The notes: generated from the sequence alone by a model not told the origin. DNA of 64,000 bases from an uncultured Pseudomonadota bacterium (GCA_963847705.1 CAWKBC010000001.1:128001-192000); one strand, 5' to 3'. Positions 1 to 9,831 are shown, counted from the first letter of the stretch. Translations and numbers: made by a program.

Positions 1-2
1 CG

Positions 3-104
3 GGATTCGTCGCCCACCTGGTCAAACCGGTCGACCCGGATCGCTTGATTGCCATCGTCGAAGAGCTCACAGAACCCCTAGAAGCAGACGCTCAGAGGAG
101 TTAG
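3..104 (+). CDS. C-terminal fragment of a response-regulator receiver domain (gene runs off the left edge)
   Basis: Manual translation from base 3 gives GFVAHLVKPVDPDRLIAIVEEL...TAG, the typical GF(D)xHLxKP end of a receiver domain. Confidence 0.75.
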   Translation, partial: GFVAHLVKPVDPDRLIAIVEELTEPLEADAQRS

Positions 105-397
105 CCCGCCGCTGTGCGAATGCCCCCCCTCACCGCGCGCGGCAATGAGAGGACGACCTGATGGTGTGGCGTCCGTCGGACGGCAACTGGTACATGTTCC
201 CGAGCAACTGGCAGGGCGCCTACAACCACTTCGACAAGGACTGCTACGATGCCGGGGATGCTCCCATCCCCTGACGTCGGGTCTCATTGTCCTGGCTGGA
301 TAATAGGAGTCGGGCAGACGTAGGCCGCAGCGGAAAGGGTGCGGGGGGAGGCGTTGGCGCCCCGGGCGGCAGCCGTCCGTCGCAACCGCGCGCGGGT

Positions 398-1153
398 TTA
401 CCGAAGCACGCGGCGCTGGAACAGCGGAGACCGCACCAGGCCCATGCGATCGAGCCGGTACTGCACGGCGGTGGCGCAACAAAGGATTCCGTAGCGCAGG
501 CTGTGGCGGAAATTGATGCTCGAGGCTTCGGCGAAGTATTTGGTCGGGCAGGTCAACTCGGCGATTCGGAAGCCGAGCGCGTGGGCTTGCACGAGGGCCT
601 GATTGTCGAAGATGTAATCGTCCGAGTTGCGGTGATACGGAATGCCCTCCAACACGCGGCGCCGGTAGGCGCGAAAGCCGGTGTGGTACTCGGAGAGCTT
701 CTGCCCGGTGACGATGTTTTCGAACAGCGTGAGCGCCCGGTTGGCCACGTACTTGTAAAGAGGCATGCCGCCCTCGAGCGCGCCGTTTCCCAGGATGCGC
801 GAGCCGAGCACGATGTCGTAGACGTCCTCGACAAGGACGCTGACCATGGCCCGCACGAGCTTCGGCGTGTACTGGTAGTCGGGATGGAGCATGACGACGA
901 TGTCCGCACCGAGGCCGAGGGCCGTGTCGTAGCAGGTCTTCTGATTGGCGCCGTAGCCGCGATTCGCGTCGTGGAGGATGGCATGCTTGATCCCCAGCGC
1001 TTTGGCCAGCGCCAGCGTGTCATCGGCGCTTCGGTCGTCGACCAACACGACCTCGTCGACGATGTCGGTCGGAATCTCGCGATAGGTCTGTTCCAGCGTT
1101 CTTGCGGCGTTGTGGGCCGGCAGAACCACGACAATCTTGTGACCGAGCAACAT
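398..1153 (-). CDS. GT2 glycosyltransferase (DPM1/polyprenol-phosphate glycosyltransferase-like)
   Basis: VVLPAHNAA, VDDRSADDT, NRGYG, HPDYQY and GFRAY motifs. Confidence 0.9.
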   Translation of the reverse strand: MLLGHKIVVVLPAHNAARTLEQTYREIPTDIVDEVVLVDDRSADDTLALAKALGIKHAILHDANRGYGANQKTCYDTALGLGADIVVMLHPDYQYTPKLVRAMVSVLVEDVYDIVLGSRILGNGALEGGMPLYKYVANRALTLFENIVTGQKLSEYHTGFRAYRRRVLEGIPYHRNSDDYIFDNQALVQAHALGFRIAELTCPTKYFAEASSINFRHSLRYGILCCATAVQYRLDRMGLVRSPLFQRRVLR

Positions 1154-1263
1154 CGTGGAGCACCCACTCTACAGGGTGCCGGTTCGGTCTGCTCGGGCCG
1201 GGGAGGGCCGATCGGCCTATTGGCGCCTGGCGATCTTGCGGCTTGAATGACCCGCGGGTGATC

Positions 1264-2688
1264 ATGCGCATCCAGAGTCCAGGATCAGTCGCCGTCGGTC
1301 TCGTGTCTGGTCTCGTCGCGCTTTCGCTGGCCGGCTGCGGCGGCTCAACCGGGAGTGGAGGGGCCGGCGGCGGCCCGGGTGGCGAAGAGACCGGAGGGCA
1401 CAATGGAGCCGGGGGAGCCTTCGCAACCGGGGGCTCGGTCGGCTCCGGCGGCGCGGCAGGCCGGGGAGGCGGATCCGGCGGAACGTCGGTGGGGAGCGGC
1501 GGCTCGGGCGGCGCGGTCGGCGCGGTCGGCTCGGGCGGCGCGGTCGGCGCGGTCGGCTCAGGCGGCGCGGTCGGCCCGGGCGGCTCGGGCGGGAAAGGCG
1601 GCCTCGGTGGTGCAACCGCGCGGGGCGGCTCGGGCGGCGGGGCCGCGAAGGGTGGGGCGGGCGGTGGCGGGGCAATGGGCGGTGCCGCCGGGAGCTCCGC
1701 CGGTGGCGGCGCGGCGGGCTCGTCGACGTCGGATGCGGGCGCCGGGTCCTCGAACGCCACGCTCGTCCCGGACCCTTCCTGGGCCTGCGGGATGGCGAAG
1801 GGCATCGCGGCGCCGGCCCGCGGCACGCTGGTGTTCCGTGCGACGCTGCAGCTGACGGCAACCCAGGACGTGGGAACCACGCAGTACGGCCATCGGCGAA
1901 TCTTCGACATCGGCGGCGGGACCGCGACGGGCTCGCGGTTGCAGGCCACGTTCCTCAAGGGGGGCTTCGACTTCGAGCTCACGCTCTCGAACGGTGTCGT
2001 CGAGCAGGAACAGATCGACGTGCTCGAGGCCAGCGACGGCACGCTCATTTACCTCCGGACCTGCGGCGTTGCGCCCGCGGGCGACTCGGAGATCCGGATC
2101 GTCCCCGACTTCGAGGTGGCCACATCCAGCTCGCTGGCCTGGCTCAACACCGGCGTCTTCGCCGGGACGCTGACGGTCGACAGCACGGGCACGACGATGG
2201 AGCTGGACGTCTACGACATCTCCAGCGTTCCGACCGGCAGCCCTTCGATCCAGCTTTCGGTCCCGGCCGGCGCGACACCGCAGCCCTGGGACTGCTCGAC
2301 CGCCACGGGAGCCAAGGGCGCCAGCGTGTTCACCGAGAACGTGACCCTCGGGTCTTCGCTGTCGATCGGCGCCAGCAAGCGAGGAACACGGAACATCATC
2401 CCGATCACCGGAGGCTCGGTGAGCGGCCAGGTGGCGGGGACCGTCCTTTACGGCGGCGGCGACTATCAGCTGCTCGGCAGCCCGACCAAGCTGGACGCCC
2501 GCTACGTCATCTCGGCCAACGGAAACTACGTCATCGTTCGGAACTGCGGTCCGCTGGGCTCGCTGGTCCCCTGGTTCGAGGCCCGGGCCGACGGTCCCTA
2601 CGCCTTTCTGAACGCCAACGACTTCGTGAGCTCCGACCCGGGGTCCGGCAGCGGCGGCGTCAGCATCACGTTCTACCAGCGCCAATGA
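1264..2688 (+). CDS. Lipoprotein with Gly-rich linker and two tandem DUF3237-like beta-barrel domains
   Basis: Lipobox LAGC; GSGG linker; two repeats resembling DUF3237 (GHRRIFDIGGG...GGFDF and GTRNIIPITGG...GGGDYQ...LDARY); start moved to ATG 1264. Confidence 0.7.
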   Translation: MRIQSPGSVAVGLVSGLVALSLAGCGGSTGSGGAGGGPGGEETGGHNGAGGAFATGGSVGSGGAAGRGGGSGGTSVGSGGSGGAVGAVGSGGAVGAVGSGGAVGPGGSGGKGGLGGATARGGSGGGAAKGGAGGGGAMGGAAGSSAGGGAAGSSTSDAGAGSSNATLVPDPSWACGMAKGIAAPARGTLVFRATLQLTATQDVGTTQYGHRRIFDIGGGTATGSRLQATFLKGGFDFELTLSNGVVEQEQIDVLEASDGTLIYLRTCGVAPAGDSEIRIVPDFEVATSSSLAWLNTGVFAGTLTVDSTGTTMELDVYDISSVPTGSPSIQLSVPAGATPQPWDCSTATGAKGASVFTENVTLGSSLSIGASKRGTRNIIPITGGSVSGQVAGTVLYGGGDYQLLGSPTKLDARYVISANGNYVIVRNCGPLGSLVPWFEARADGPYAFLNANDFVSSDPGSGSGGVSITFYQRQ

Positions 2689-3172
2689 CCGCCACGGCTG
2701 ATGAGCGCCGCGCGCCGGTCGAGAGAGCCTTGCCGAAGCGAGGCTTGCCTGCCGGCAGAGCGTGCCAGACGGAAGCGGAAGCCAAGCCCGCCTTCCTGCG
2801 CGCGTTCGACTCGGCGAGGCTTTGGACGTCGCTCCACCTCCCCGTCAGGAGCCTGGTCGCACGTCTCACGGCCCGAATCCAATGCAGCAAGATCCAATCG
2901 CCGGGATCCTCCCCCATCTCTTGGCGGATACGCTGGTAACAGGAGTCGAGGTCATATCCCGCATGCGAGGTCACGTCCCGCCAGCGCAGGCCCAGACGCC
3001 TCACCAGTTCCCTCTCCGCCGCCTGTCCGGCGGCGGTGAGGGTGAGCCAGTCATCGAGGGAGCCGTTCGCAATGACCCGCGCGGCGATCGTGTGGCCCGC
3101 GTCGTGATAGGCAGCGAGGATGGCGTCCGAAGGATGACCGGCCTCTGTTCGCGAATCGCCTGGAGTCTTCAC
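2666..3172 (-). CDS. Small stand-alone M41 (FtsH protease domain)-like protein with HDxxH
   Basis: AAYHDAGH, AAGQAAEREL and AGYDL parallel the FtsH AYHEAGH / LAGRAAEE / GAxxD motifs; conserved upstream element 10 nt before the GTG. Confidence 0.5.
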   Translation of the reverse strand: MKTPGDSRTEAGHPSDAILAAYHDAGHTIAARVIANGSLDDWLTLTAAGQAAERELVRRLGLRWRDVTSHAGYDLDSCYQRIRQEMGEDPGDWILLHWIRAVRRATRLLTGRWSDVQSLAESNARRKAGLASASVWHALPAGKPRFGKALSTGARRSSAVAVIGAGRT

Positions 3173-3182
3173 GCCCCTGCAT

Positions 3183-3209
3183 TTGCTGCGACGGAGGCGA
3201 ACTTGTCAG
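3183..3209 (-). promoter_or_regulatory. Bipartite element CTGACAA-N15-AGCAA upstream of the M41-like gene
   Basis: Degenerate copy of the window-wide motif; 10 nt before the start. Confidence 0.5.
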
Positions 3210-3254
3210 AAAATGCAACCAACCCCCAGACGACGACCTCTGGTGTCAGTCTCC

Positions 3255-3281
3255 CTGACAACGGCCGAGGCCTGCCGACAA
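3255..3281 (+). promoter_or_regulatory. Bipartite element CTGACAA-N15-GACAA upstream of the AraC regulator
   Basis: Exact match; 13 nt before ATG 3295. Confidence 0.75.
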
Positions 3282-3294
3282 GTACATAACAGGC

Positions 3295-4314
3295 ATGGAT
3301 GAGAGGGCGACCGGACGCCGCGCGAACTGGCCAAGCGTCTTGCAACCTGACGCGCCTGCGCCCACGGTGATGGCGCGAGCGGCGCGCGGTGGAATGGCAT
3401 CCCTGCTGAGGGCACTCGACGAGATTCGCTCCCTCGATGATACCGACCTCATCCTGCGCCGCGCGATCGAGCTCGCCCGCGATCGAATAGGTTTGAAGCG
3501 CGCGGGGATCTTCGTGCTCGATACCTCCCGGAGGGTGATGCTGGGGACGTGGGGGATGGATCTCTCCTGCACCGTCGTCGATGAACATCAAGTCATCTAC
3601 GAGCTCTGCGGGACCGACGAGGAGGCGCTGCGCCGCGCCGCGGACGAGAGAATGCATTTCACAGTCTTCGAGAACTGCCCGATCATCGAGCACCACCGAG
3701 GCGAGACTCGGATTGCTGGACGCGGCTGGGTGGCAAAGACGCCGATCCGATCGCGGGACATGGCAATCGGGATGATGTTCAACGACGCGGGATTGACCGG
3801 CGCTCCTTTCGACGACGCGAAGCAGGCACAAGCTGCCATCCTCTGCATGATGCTCGGGTCAGTGCTGGACCCCCTGCGCGGGCTCCATGGGCATCGGGTC
3901 GGTCCCCTCTTCGAATCGCCCAGCCAGTCGATCGTCTCCTCGACGGTCGCGATGCTGGACGCAGAGCCGGGAATGAGTGGAGGGGAGATCGCCAGGTCGT
4001 TGAACATCAGTCAGTCGCATCTCGGTCGCGCGTTCAGAGCCGTCAAAGGAATGTCGCTCGTTGATTACCGGAATCGGTTGCGCGTGGAAAAGTTCATTGC
4101 GCTCCTCGAGCGCGGTGAGACCAACCTTCTCGATGCGGCGTTGGAGGCCGGGTTCGGCAGTTATTCTCACTTCCACCGCGTGTTTTTGGAGCAACGGCGC
4201 GTGACCCCCAGCGAGCACCTTCGCCGGTTGAACAGCGGGCGTCGCGCCTCAAGGCTGTCCGACAGCGTCGAGCAGGGCCGCCACGACGGCCGTGGCCGCC
4301 GCTTCTCGAAGTGA
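3295..4314 (+). CDS. AraC-family transcriptional regulator with GAF-like N-terminal domain
   Basis: C-terminal double HTH (IARSLNISQSHLGRAF...GMSLVDYRNRLR...AALEAGFGSYSHFHRVF...TPSE); N-terminus ends in a PIRSRDMAIGMMFND GAF-like strand. Confidence 0.85.
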   Translation: MDERATGRRANWPSVLQPDAPAPTVMARAARGGMASLLRALDEIRSLDDTDLILRRAIELARDRIGLKRAGIFVLDTSRRVMLGTWGMDLSCTVVDEHQVIYELCGTDEEALRRAADERMHFTVFENCPIIEHHRGETRIAGRGWVAKTPIRSRDMAIGMMFNDAGLTGAPFDDAKQAQAAILCMMLGSVLDPLRGLHGHRVGPLFESPSQSIVSSTVAMLDAEPGMSGGEIARSLNISQSHLGRAFRAVKGMSLVDYRNRLRVEKFIALLERGETNLLDAALEAGFGSYSHFHRVFLEQRRVTPSEHLRRLNSGRRASRLSDSVEQGRHDGRGRRFSK

Positions 4315-4525
4315 TTTGCGTGACAACTTCAGATCCGGCGGGAACAACGACAGGGGACCGGCGGGGTGGGCGGTTCGGGAGTCGGACCCGACCGATCCGG
4401 GCCAGTCGAAGAGCTGGGAATATCAAAATGTCTGGACCTTTCTCGGGCAATTCCGAGGCCGACCCGGCGGTCGCATCTTCGAGGTCCCCGGGGTGAAGAT
4501 TTCTGCGGGATTTTGCTCGATCTAA

Positions 4526-4563
4526 ATATTAATCTGTTAATATCGCGTATGTGAGCTTACGCG
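4526..4563. promoter_or_regulatory. Two adjacent inverted repeats in an AT-rich patch (candidate operators)
   Basis: ATATTAA-TCTG-TTAATAT (4526-4543) followed by CGCGTA-N8-TACGCG (4544-4563), just upstream of the GGDEF-EAL gene. Confidence 0.4.
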
Positions 4564-4600
4564 TTATAGCTTATCAGATGTTGGACGAGGCGGCGTCCAG

Positions 4601-6397
4601 GTGAGCCGGGCCCTGCGCGTGAGAGCCGGCTCCCCCACCGCTGACGCCGCGCTCACCGGCGAGACCAGCGAGGAGATCTTGCAACTCGAAGACGCCATCT
4701 TCTTGCTCGAGACGTTGATGGACAACGTCCCTGACGCCATCTACTTCAAGGATCTCGACAGCCGCTTCACACGCGTCAACCGATACGCGGCCGCGCGGTT
4801 TGGCGTCGCTGGCCCGGCGCACGCTGTCGGTCGAACCGACTTCGACTTCTTCACCGGCGAGCATGCCCAGCAGGCGCTGAGGGACGAGCAAGAGATCATC
4901 CGCACCGGACAGCCGTTGGTGAACGTGGAGGAGAAGGAGACGCTGGCGAACGGCGAGATCCGCTGGGTCTCGACGACCAAGCTCCCCTTGCGCGATCGGA
5001 AGGGGGAGATCGTGGGGACCTTCGGGATCTCGCGAGACATCAGCGACCGCAAGAAGGCCGAGGAGCAGCTCCAGCGGCAGGTGTTCTACGATCCACTCAC
5101 CGATCTCCCCAACCGCGCGCTGTTCCTCGACCGGTTACAGCACCTGTTTCACCGGGCCCGGCGCTCGTTGGGCAGTCCGCAGTTCGCGGTGCTGTACCTC
5201 GATCTCGATCGCTTCAAGTCGGTCAACGACAGCCTCGGACACCAGGTCGGTGATGAGCTCCTGATCGCCACTGCGCGCCGGCTCGAACGCTGCTTGCGTC
5301 CAGGCGACACGCTGGCGCGCCTCGGCGGCGACGAGTTCACGGTCCTGCTCGACGATGTGCGCTCCGAGGCGGACGCCACGGGCGTGGCCCAGCGGATCCA
5401 TCAGGAGATGGCCGCCTCACTCGAGGTGCGGGGCGCGGAGGTGTTCACCAGCGTCAGCGTCGGCATCGCGCTGTCGAGCGCGGGCTACGAGTCCCCCGAG
5501 GACATGCTGCGGGATGCGGACACGGCGATGTACCGAGCGAAGGAAGGCGGGCGCGCCGGCCATCGGGTGTTCGACGGGGACATGCACCGACGGGCGGTCT
5601 CCTCCCTGCGGCTCGAAACGGATCTTCGACGCGCGCTCGAGCGTCAGGAAGTCGTCCCCTACTACCAACCGATCGTGGAGCTCGACACGGGCACGTTGGT
5701 CGGGTTCGAGGCGCTCGCGCGTTGGCGGCATCCGACCAGGGGAATCCTTCTGCCCGATCTCTTCATTCCCGTCGCGGAAGAGACCGGGCTGGTCGTGGAG
5801 CTCGGTGCCCGGATGCTGGAGGAGGCCTGCCGGCAGGCGCGCGAATGGCAGCGCGCGCATCCGCGCTGGTCGGCGCTCGGGATGAGCGTCAACGTCTCCG
5901 GCCGACAGCTCTCCCAGGGCGGCCTCGCCGCCGAGGTCGAACGCGTGCTGGCCGCGACCGGCCTGGAACCCACCAGTTTGACCCTCGAGATCACGGAGAG
6001 CGCGCTCATGCACAACCTGACCGCCGGAGCGGTAACGGTCGAGCGCCTGCACGCCATGTCCGTCGGCCTGCACCTGGACGACTTCGGGACGGGCTACTCC
6101 TCGCTCGGGTACCTGCAAAGCCTCCCCGCGCAAGGACTGAAGATCGATCGTTCCTTCGTCAGCCGCATGGACCAGGCGCCGCAGCAGCTGGCGATCGTCA
6201 AGGCGATCGTTTCACTGGCACAGGATCTCGGGATGGAGGTGATCGCCGAGGGGCTCGAGACGCGGGCGCAGGTGGAGACCCTCCGCGCGTTCGGCTGCCG
6301 GCTCGGGCAAGGATTCCGGTTTTCGAAGCCACTGCCCGCGGAGCAAGCGGAGCGGCTCCTCGCCAGCGGCGTTCCCACCATCTACAAACGACTCTAG
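4601..6397 (+). CDS. PAS-GGDEF-EAL diguanylate cyclase/phosphodiesterase
   Basis: PAS (IYFKDLDSRFTRVN...WVSTTKLPL), intact GGDEF, FEALARW, LDDFGTGYSSL, LKIDRSF. Confidence 0.95.
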   Translation: MSRALRVRAGSPTADAALTGETSEEILQLEDAIFLLETLMDNVPDAIYFKDLDSRFTRVNRYAAARFGVAGPAHAVGRTDFDFFTGEHAQQALRDEQEIIRTGQPLVNVEEKETLANGEIRWVSTTKLPLRDRKGEIVGTFGISRDISDRKKAEEQLQRQVFYDPLTDLPNRALFLDRLQHLFHRARRSLGSPQFAVLYLDLDRFKSVNDSLGHQVGDELLIATARRLERCLRPGDTLARLGGDEFTVLLDDVRSEADATGVAQRIHQEMAASLEVRGAEVFTSVSVGIALSSAGYESPEDMLRDADTAMYRAKEGGRAGHRVFDGDMHRRAVSSLRLETDLRRALERQEVVPYYQPIVELDTGTLVGFEALARWRHPTRGILLPDLFIPVAEETGLVVELGARMLEEACRQAREWQRAHPRWSALGMSVNVSGRQLSQGGLAAEVERVLAATGLEPTSLTLEITESALMHNLTAGAVTVERLHAMSVGLHLDDFGTGYSSLGYLQSLPAQGLKIDRSFVSRMDQAPQQLAIVKAIVSLAQDLGMEVIAEGLETRAQVETLRAFGCRLGQGFRFSKPLPAEQAERLLASGVPTIYKRL

Positions 6398-6460
6398 GCG
6401 GAGGCGGCAGGCCCCTGCGGGCCTGCGGGTCGAGCAGCCACGGGGCCGTTGGCCGTCGAG

Positions 6461-7978
6461 TCAGACCCGCCGTCGACGGCGGGCAAGGGCGAGCAGGGCA
6501 AGTCCAAGGGCAAGGGCGGCTTCCAGGTCGGCGTGTGCCTTCCCCGTCGCTCCGCCAAGCGCACAGCTGCAGCCGCCACTGGAGTCGGACTCGGTCCCGC
6601 CGGACGAGCCGCCGCTTCCCACCTCTCCGCCGGTGCCGGCGCTCGAGGTTCCGCCCGAGCCGCTGCCTCCGGTCGCCGCCTGACCGCCCGTCGCGCTGCC
6701 GCCGGCGCCGAACGCTCCGCCGGTGCCAGTCGCGCCGCCCGAGCCCGGTGTGCCGCCGGTCCCATTGCCGCCGCTGCCCGGCGTCCCTCCCTCCCCCGAC
6801 GCTCCACCGGTCGCTCCGTTCCCTGCGTGCCCGCCGACGCCGCCGCCCCCGCCGCCTCCGACAGAGCCGCCGCGCCCCGCCGATCCCCCGCTTCCGCTGG
6901 TTCCGCCGGTGCTCCCGCCCTTGCCGCCAGCGCCGCCGCTGCCGACGGCGCCTGCGCCTCCACCTGCGCCACCAGCTCCTCCCGTCGAGCAGGCGGCGAT
7001 CTCGGGATCCACCGGACCGGTCTTGTCGAGACCCAAGAAGGGGACGACGTAGGTCGCGTCGAAGAGAGCGTCCGAGGGGCCGTGATCGCCGCCGATCGAC
7101 GTGAAAGCATCGAGGACGACGTAGCCGCACGAATTCTTCCACTGCTGCCGCGTCGCCTGGTGAGTCCCCAGGGTCAGCCCGGTCGTCGTCGACGTCGGGC
7201 TGGTGCTCAACCCCAGAACGTTGGTCCACTGCTTGATGGCTTCGCCGAAATTTTTGTAGCTGATGGTGGGATCGGAGTCGCCGTGGAAGAGCTGCACGCG
7301 GGGGCGAGGTCCCGTGTATCCCGGGTCCATTCCCCGCGCGAGATCCCCCCATTGCTGCGCGGTCATGATGTCGTTGCCGCCCGCGCAGGTCCCACCCCAG
7401 TTGCTGGCGGCGCTCCAACCGTCGGACCAACATCCGGCCGGCACCCCGGCGAACGAGGCGCCCCCCTTGAACACGTCGGGGTAGACGGCCATCAGCGCCT
7501 GCGTCATCATCGCGCCCGACGAGTCTCCCGTCGCGTACACGCGATCGGCGTTGGCGCCGTACTTGGTGATCGTGTACTTCACCATCTCTGCGATGGCCTG
7601 GGTGTCGCCGCCGCCGTCGTGCGTGAGCGAGGCCTTCGAGCCGACGTCCCAGCATTTCGCGGAGGTCGCGGGGTTGGTCGTCTGCGGGAAGATCATGATG
7701 AAGCCGTACTGGTCGGCGGCCGCCACGACCCCGCCCCCTTGCGCCTGCCCAAAAACGGCGGAGGCACTGCCTCCGCAGAAGTGCGAGACGACCAGGATCG
7801 GCGGGTCCGTCGCCAGCTTGTCCGGCACGTAGATGTACATGCTGATGTAGCTGGGGACGCCGCTCGCTCCCCAGTTGCTGACCGGCTGCAGCGACGCCGC
7901 CTCAGCCGGCCTGGCCACCAGCCAGCCGAGCAACGTGGTGAGGAGGAGAACACGCGCAACGGTAACCCTGGGGGACAT
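6461..7978 (-). CDS. PHB-depolymerase-family/CE1-like esterase (acetylxylan or feruloyl esterase) with Gly linker and MYXO-CTERM tail
   Basis: Signal peptide; MYIYVP, HFCGG, KCWDV, GDSSG nucleophile, FHGDSD, GDH; tail GGCSC...hydrophobic...RRRRR; start moved to ATG 7978. Confidence 0.85.
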   Translation of the reverse strand: MSPRVTVARVLLLTTLLGWLVARPAEAASLQPVSNWGASGVPSYISMYIYVPDKLATDPPILVVSHFCGGSASAVFGQAQGGGVVAAADQYGFIMIFPQTTNPATSAKCWDVGSKASLTHDGGGDTQAIAEMVKYTITKYGANADRVYATGDSSGAMMTQALMAVYPDVFKGGASFAGVPAGCWSDGWSAASNWGGTCAGGNDIMTAQQWGDLARGMDPGYTGPRPRVQLFHGDSDPTISYKNFGEAIKQWTNVLGLSTSPTSTTTGLTLGTHQATRQQWKNSCGYVVLDAFTSIGGDHGPSDALFDATYVVPFLGLDKTGPVDPEIAACSTGGAGGAGGGAGAVGSGGAGGKGGSTGGTSGSGGSAGRGGSVGGGGGGGVGGHAGNGATGGASGEGGTPGSGGNGTGGTPGSGGATGTGGAFGAGGSATGGQAATGGSGSGGTSSAGTGGEVGSGGSSGGTESDSSGGCSCALGGATGKAHADLEAALALGLALLALARRRRRV

Positions 7979-7987
7979 GTCGAGGGA

Positions 7988-8013
7988 TTGTCCGACCCGC
8001 GAAAAATTGTCAC
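7988..8013 (-). promoter_or_regulatory. Bipartite element GTGACAA-N14-GACAA upstream of the CE1 esterase
   Basis: 9 nt before ATG 7978; no Shine-Dalgarno in between. Confidence 0.65.
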
Positions 8014-8100
8014 GCCGGGCGCGATTTGCGCCCGAGCACGACGCCGAATCGCCAGGGACTCCCATCCGATGCGTGAAAAGGAGGATGCCCCCACATTTGC

Positions 8101-8127
8101 GTGACAAGAGGGCGGCCCGAGGGACAA
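8101..8127 (+). promoter_or_regulatory. Bipartite element GTGACAA-N15-GACAA upstream of araB
   Basis: Exact match; 18 nt before ATG 8146. Confidence 0.75.
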
Positions 8128-8145
8128 CAACCACTAGACAGCATC

Positions 8146-9831
8146 ATGAGTGGCAACGCCTGTGTGGTGGGGATCGACTTCGGCACCGACTCGGTGCGCA
8201 GCATCGTCGCTGATGCGACCACGGGAAGCGTCCTCGGCACTTCGGTAAGGAACTACTCCCGGTGGGCCGACCGGCTCTATTGCGCTCCGGTCGACAACAG
8301 GTTCCGGCAACACCCGCTCGACTACCTCGAAAGTATGGAAGCGGCGGTGCGGGAGGCGCTCCGGGAGGCGGGGCCGGCGGCGTCCGCCCTGGTGCGTGGC
8401 ATCGCGGTGGACACGACCGGTTCCACGCCGGTGCTGGCCGACCGATCGGGCGCGCCCTTGGCGCTCAGCGCCCCGTTTGCCGAGAACCCCAACGCCATGT
8501 TCGTCCTCTGGAAGGACCACACCGCCGTCGCCGAGGCCGAGCGGCTGAATCGTCTCGCGCGGACGTGTGGCGGGGTGGACTACACCAAATACGTCGGCGG
8601 GATCTATTCGTCGGAATGGTTCTGGGCCAAGGCGATTCACGTCCTCGAGACCGACCCGGCGGTGGCCGAGGCGGCGGTCACCGTCCTCGAGCATTGCGAC
8701 TGGATTCCCGCCGTGCTCACCGGCACGACCGACCTCGCGCGGTTCAAACGAAGTCGCTGCGCCGCCGGACACAAGGCCCTCTGGCACGCGGAGTTCGGTG
8801 GCTACCCGTCGGACGCGTTTCTCGCGAAGCTCCACCCCAAGCTTCCGGCGCTCAAGAAAACACTGGGGACGGAGACCTTCACCGCCGACGTGCCCTTCGG
8901 CGCGCTCTCGGCCGAGTGGGCGGCCAAGCTCGGCCTGTCGCGCGAGACGGTGGTGGCGGTGGGCGCGTTCGACGCTCACATGGGCGCCGTGGGCGGAGGC
9001 ATCGGCCGGAACCGACTGCTCAAGGTGATGGGAACGAGCACCTGCGACATCGTCGTCGCGGCTCCTGCCAATGAGCCCGAGAAGCTGGTCGCCGGGATCT
9101 GCGGGCAGGTCGATGGGTCGGTCATTCGAGGCATGATCGGCTATGAGGCCGGCCAGTCCGCGTTTGGAGATGTGTACGCCTGGTTCAAGGCGCTCCTCTC
9201 CTGGCCTCTCGAAGCCATCTTGCCGACGCTGACCGGCATCTCGGACCTGGTGAAGCGTCAGGTGGCCGACGGCATCGCTGAAAAGATCATCCCGGCGCTG
9301 GAACAGGGTGCGACGGCTTTGAACGTCGAGGAGACGGTTCCCGTCGCGCTCGATTGGTTGAACGGTCGGCGGACCCCGGACGCCAATCAACGACTCACGG
9401 GCGCCATCACCGGCCTCCGGTTGGGCACCGATGCCCCTCGCATCTTTCGGAGCCTGGTCGAAGCCACGGCGTTCGGCTCTCGGGCCATCGTGGAGCGCTT
9501 TCGCGCCCAGGGGATCCGGATCGACCGCGTCATCGCCATCGGCGGCGTGGCCAAGAAGAGCCGCTTCGTGATGCAGACGATCGCGGACGTCATGGGCCTC
9601 GAGGTTGCGGTGGCGGCCGGTGATCAGCCTGTCGCGCTGGGTGCCGCGATGTTTGCCGCCACGGCGGCCGGTCTCTATGGCCAGGTCGAAGAGGCTCAAC
9701 AGGCGATGTCGGCCGGCACCGAGACGGTCTATCGCCCCGAGCCTATCCGCGTGAAGCGTTACGACAGTCTCTACAAAGAGTATTTGGCGCTGGGCGCGTT
9801 TGTGGAGACCGGGCTGAAGGACAACTCGTGA
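8146..9831 (+). CDS. araB: Ribulokinase
   Basis: GIDFGTDSVR, FRQHPLDY, LWKDHTA, YVGGIYSSEWFWAK, LDWLNGRRTP; first gene before araA and araD. Confidence 0.95.
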   Translation: MSGNACVVGIDFGTDSVRSIVADATTGSVLGTSVRNYSRWADRLYCAPVDNRFRQHPLDYLESMEAAVREALREAGPAASALVRGIAVDTTGSTPVLADRSGAPLALSAPFAENPNAMFVLWKDHTAVAEAERLNRLARTCGGVDYTKYVGGIYSSEWFWAKAIHVLETDPAVAEAAVTVLEHCDWIPAVLTGTTDLARFKRSRCAAGHKALWHAEFGGYPSDAFLAKLHPKLPALKKTLGTETFTADVPFGALSAEWAAKLGLSRETVVAVGAFDAHMGAVGGGIGRNRLLKVMGTSTCDIVVAAPANEPEKLVAGICGQVDGSVIRGMIGYEAGQSAFGDVYAWFKALLSWPLEAILPTLTGISDLVKRQVADGIAEKIIPALEQGATALNVEETVPVALDWLNGRRTPDANQRLTGAITGLRLGTDAPRIFRSLVEATAFGSRAIVERFRAQGIRIDRVIAIGGVAKKSRFVMQTIADVMGLEVAVAAGDQPVALGAAMFAATAAGLYGQVEEAQQAMSAGTETVYRPEPIRVKRYDSLYKEYLALGAFVETGLKDNS

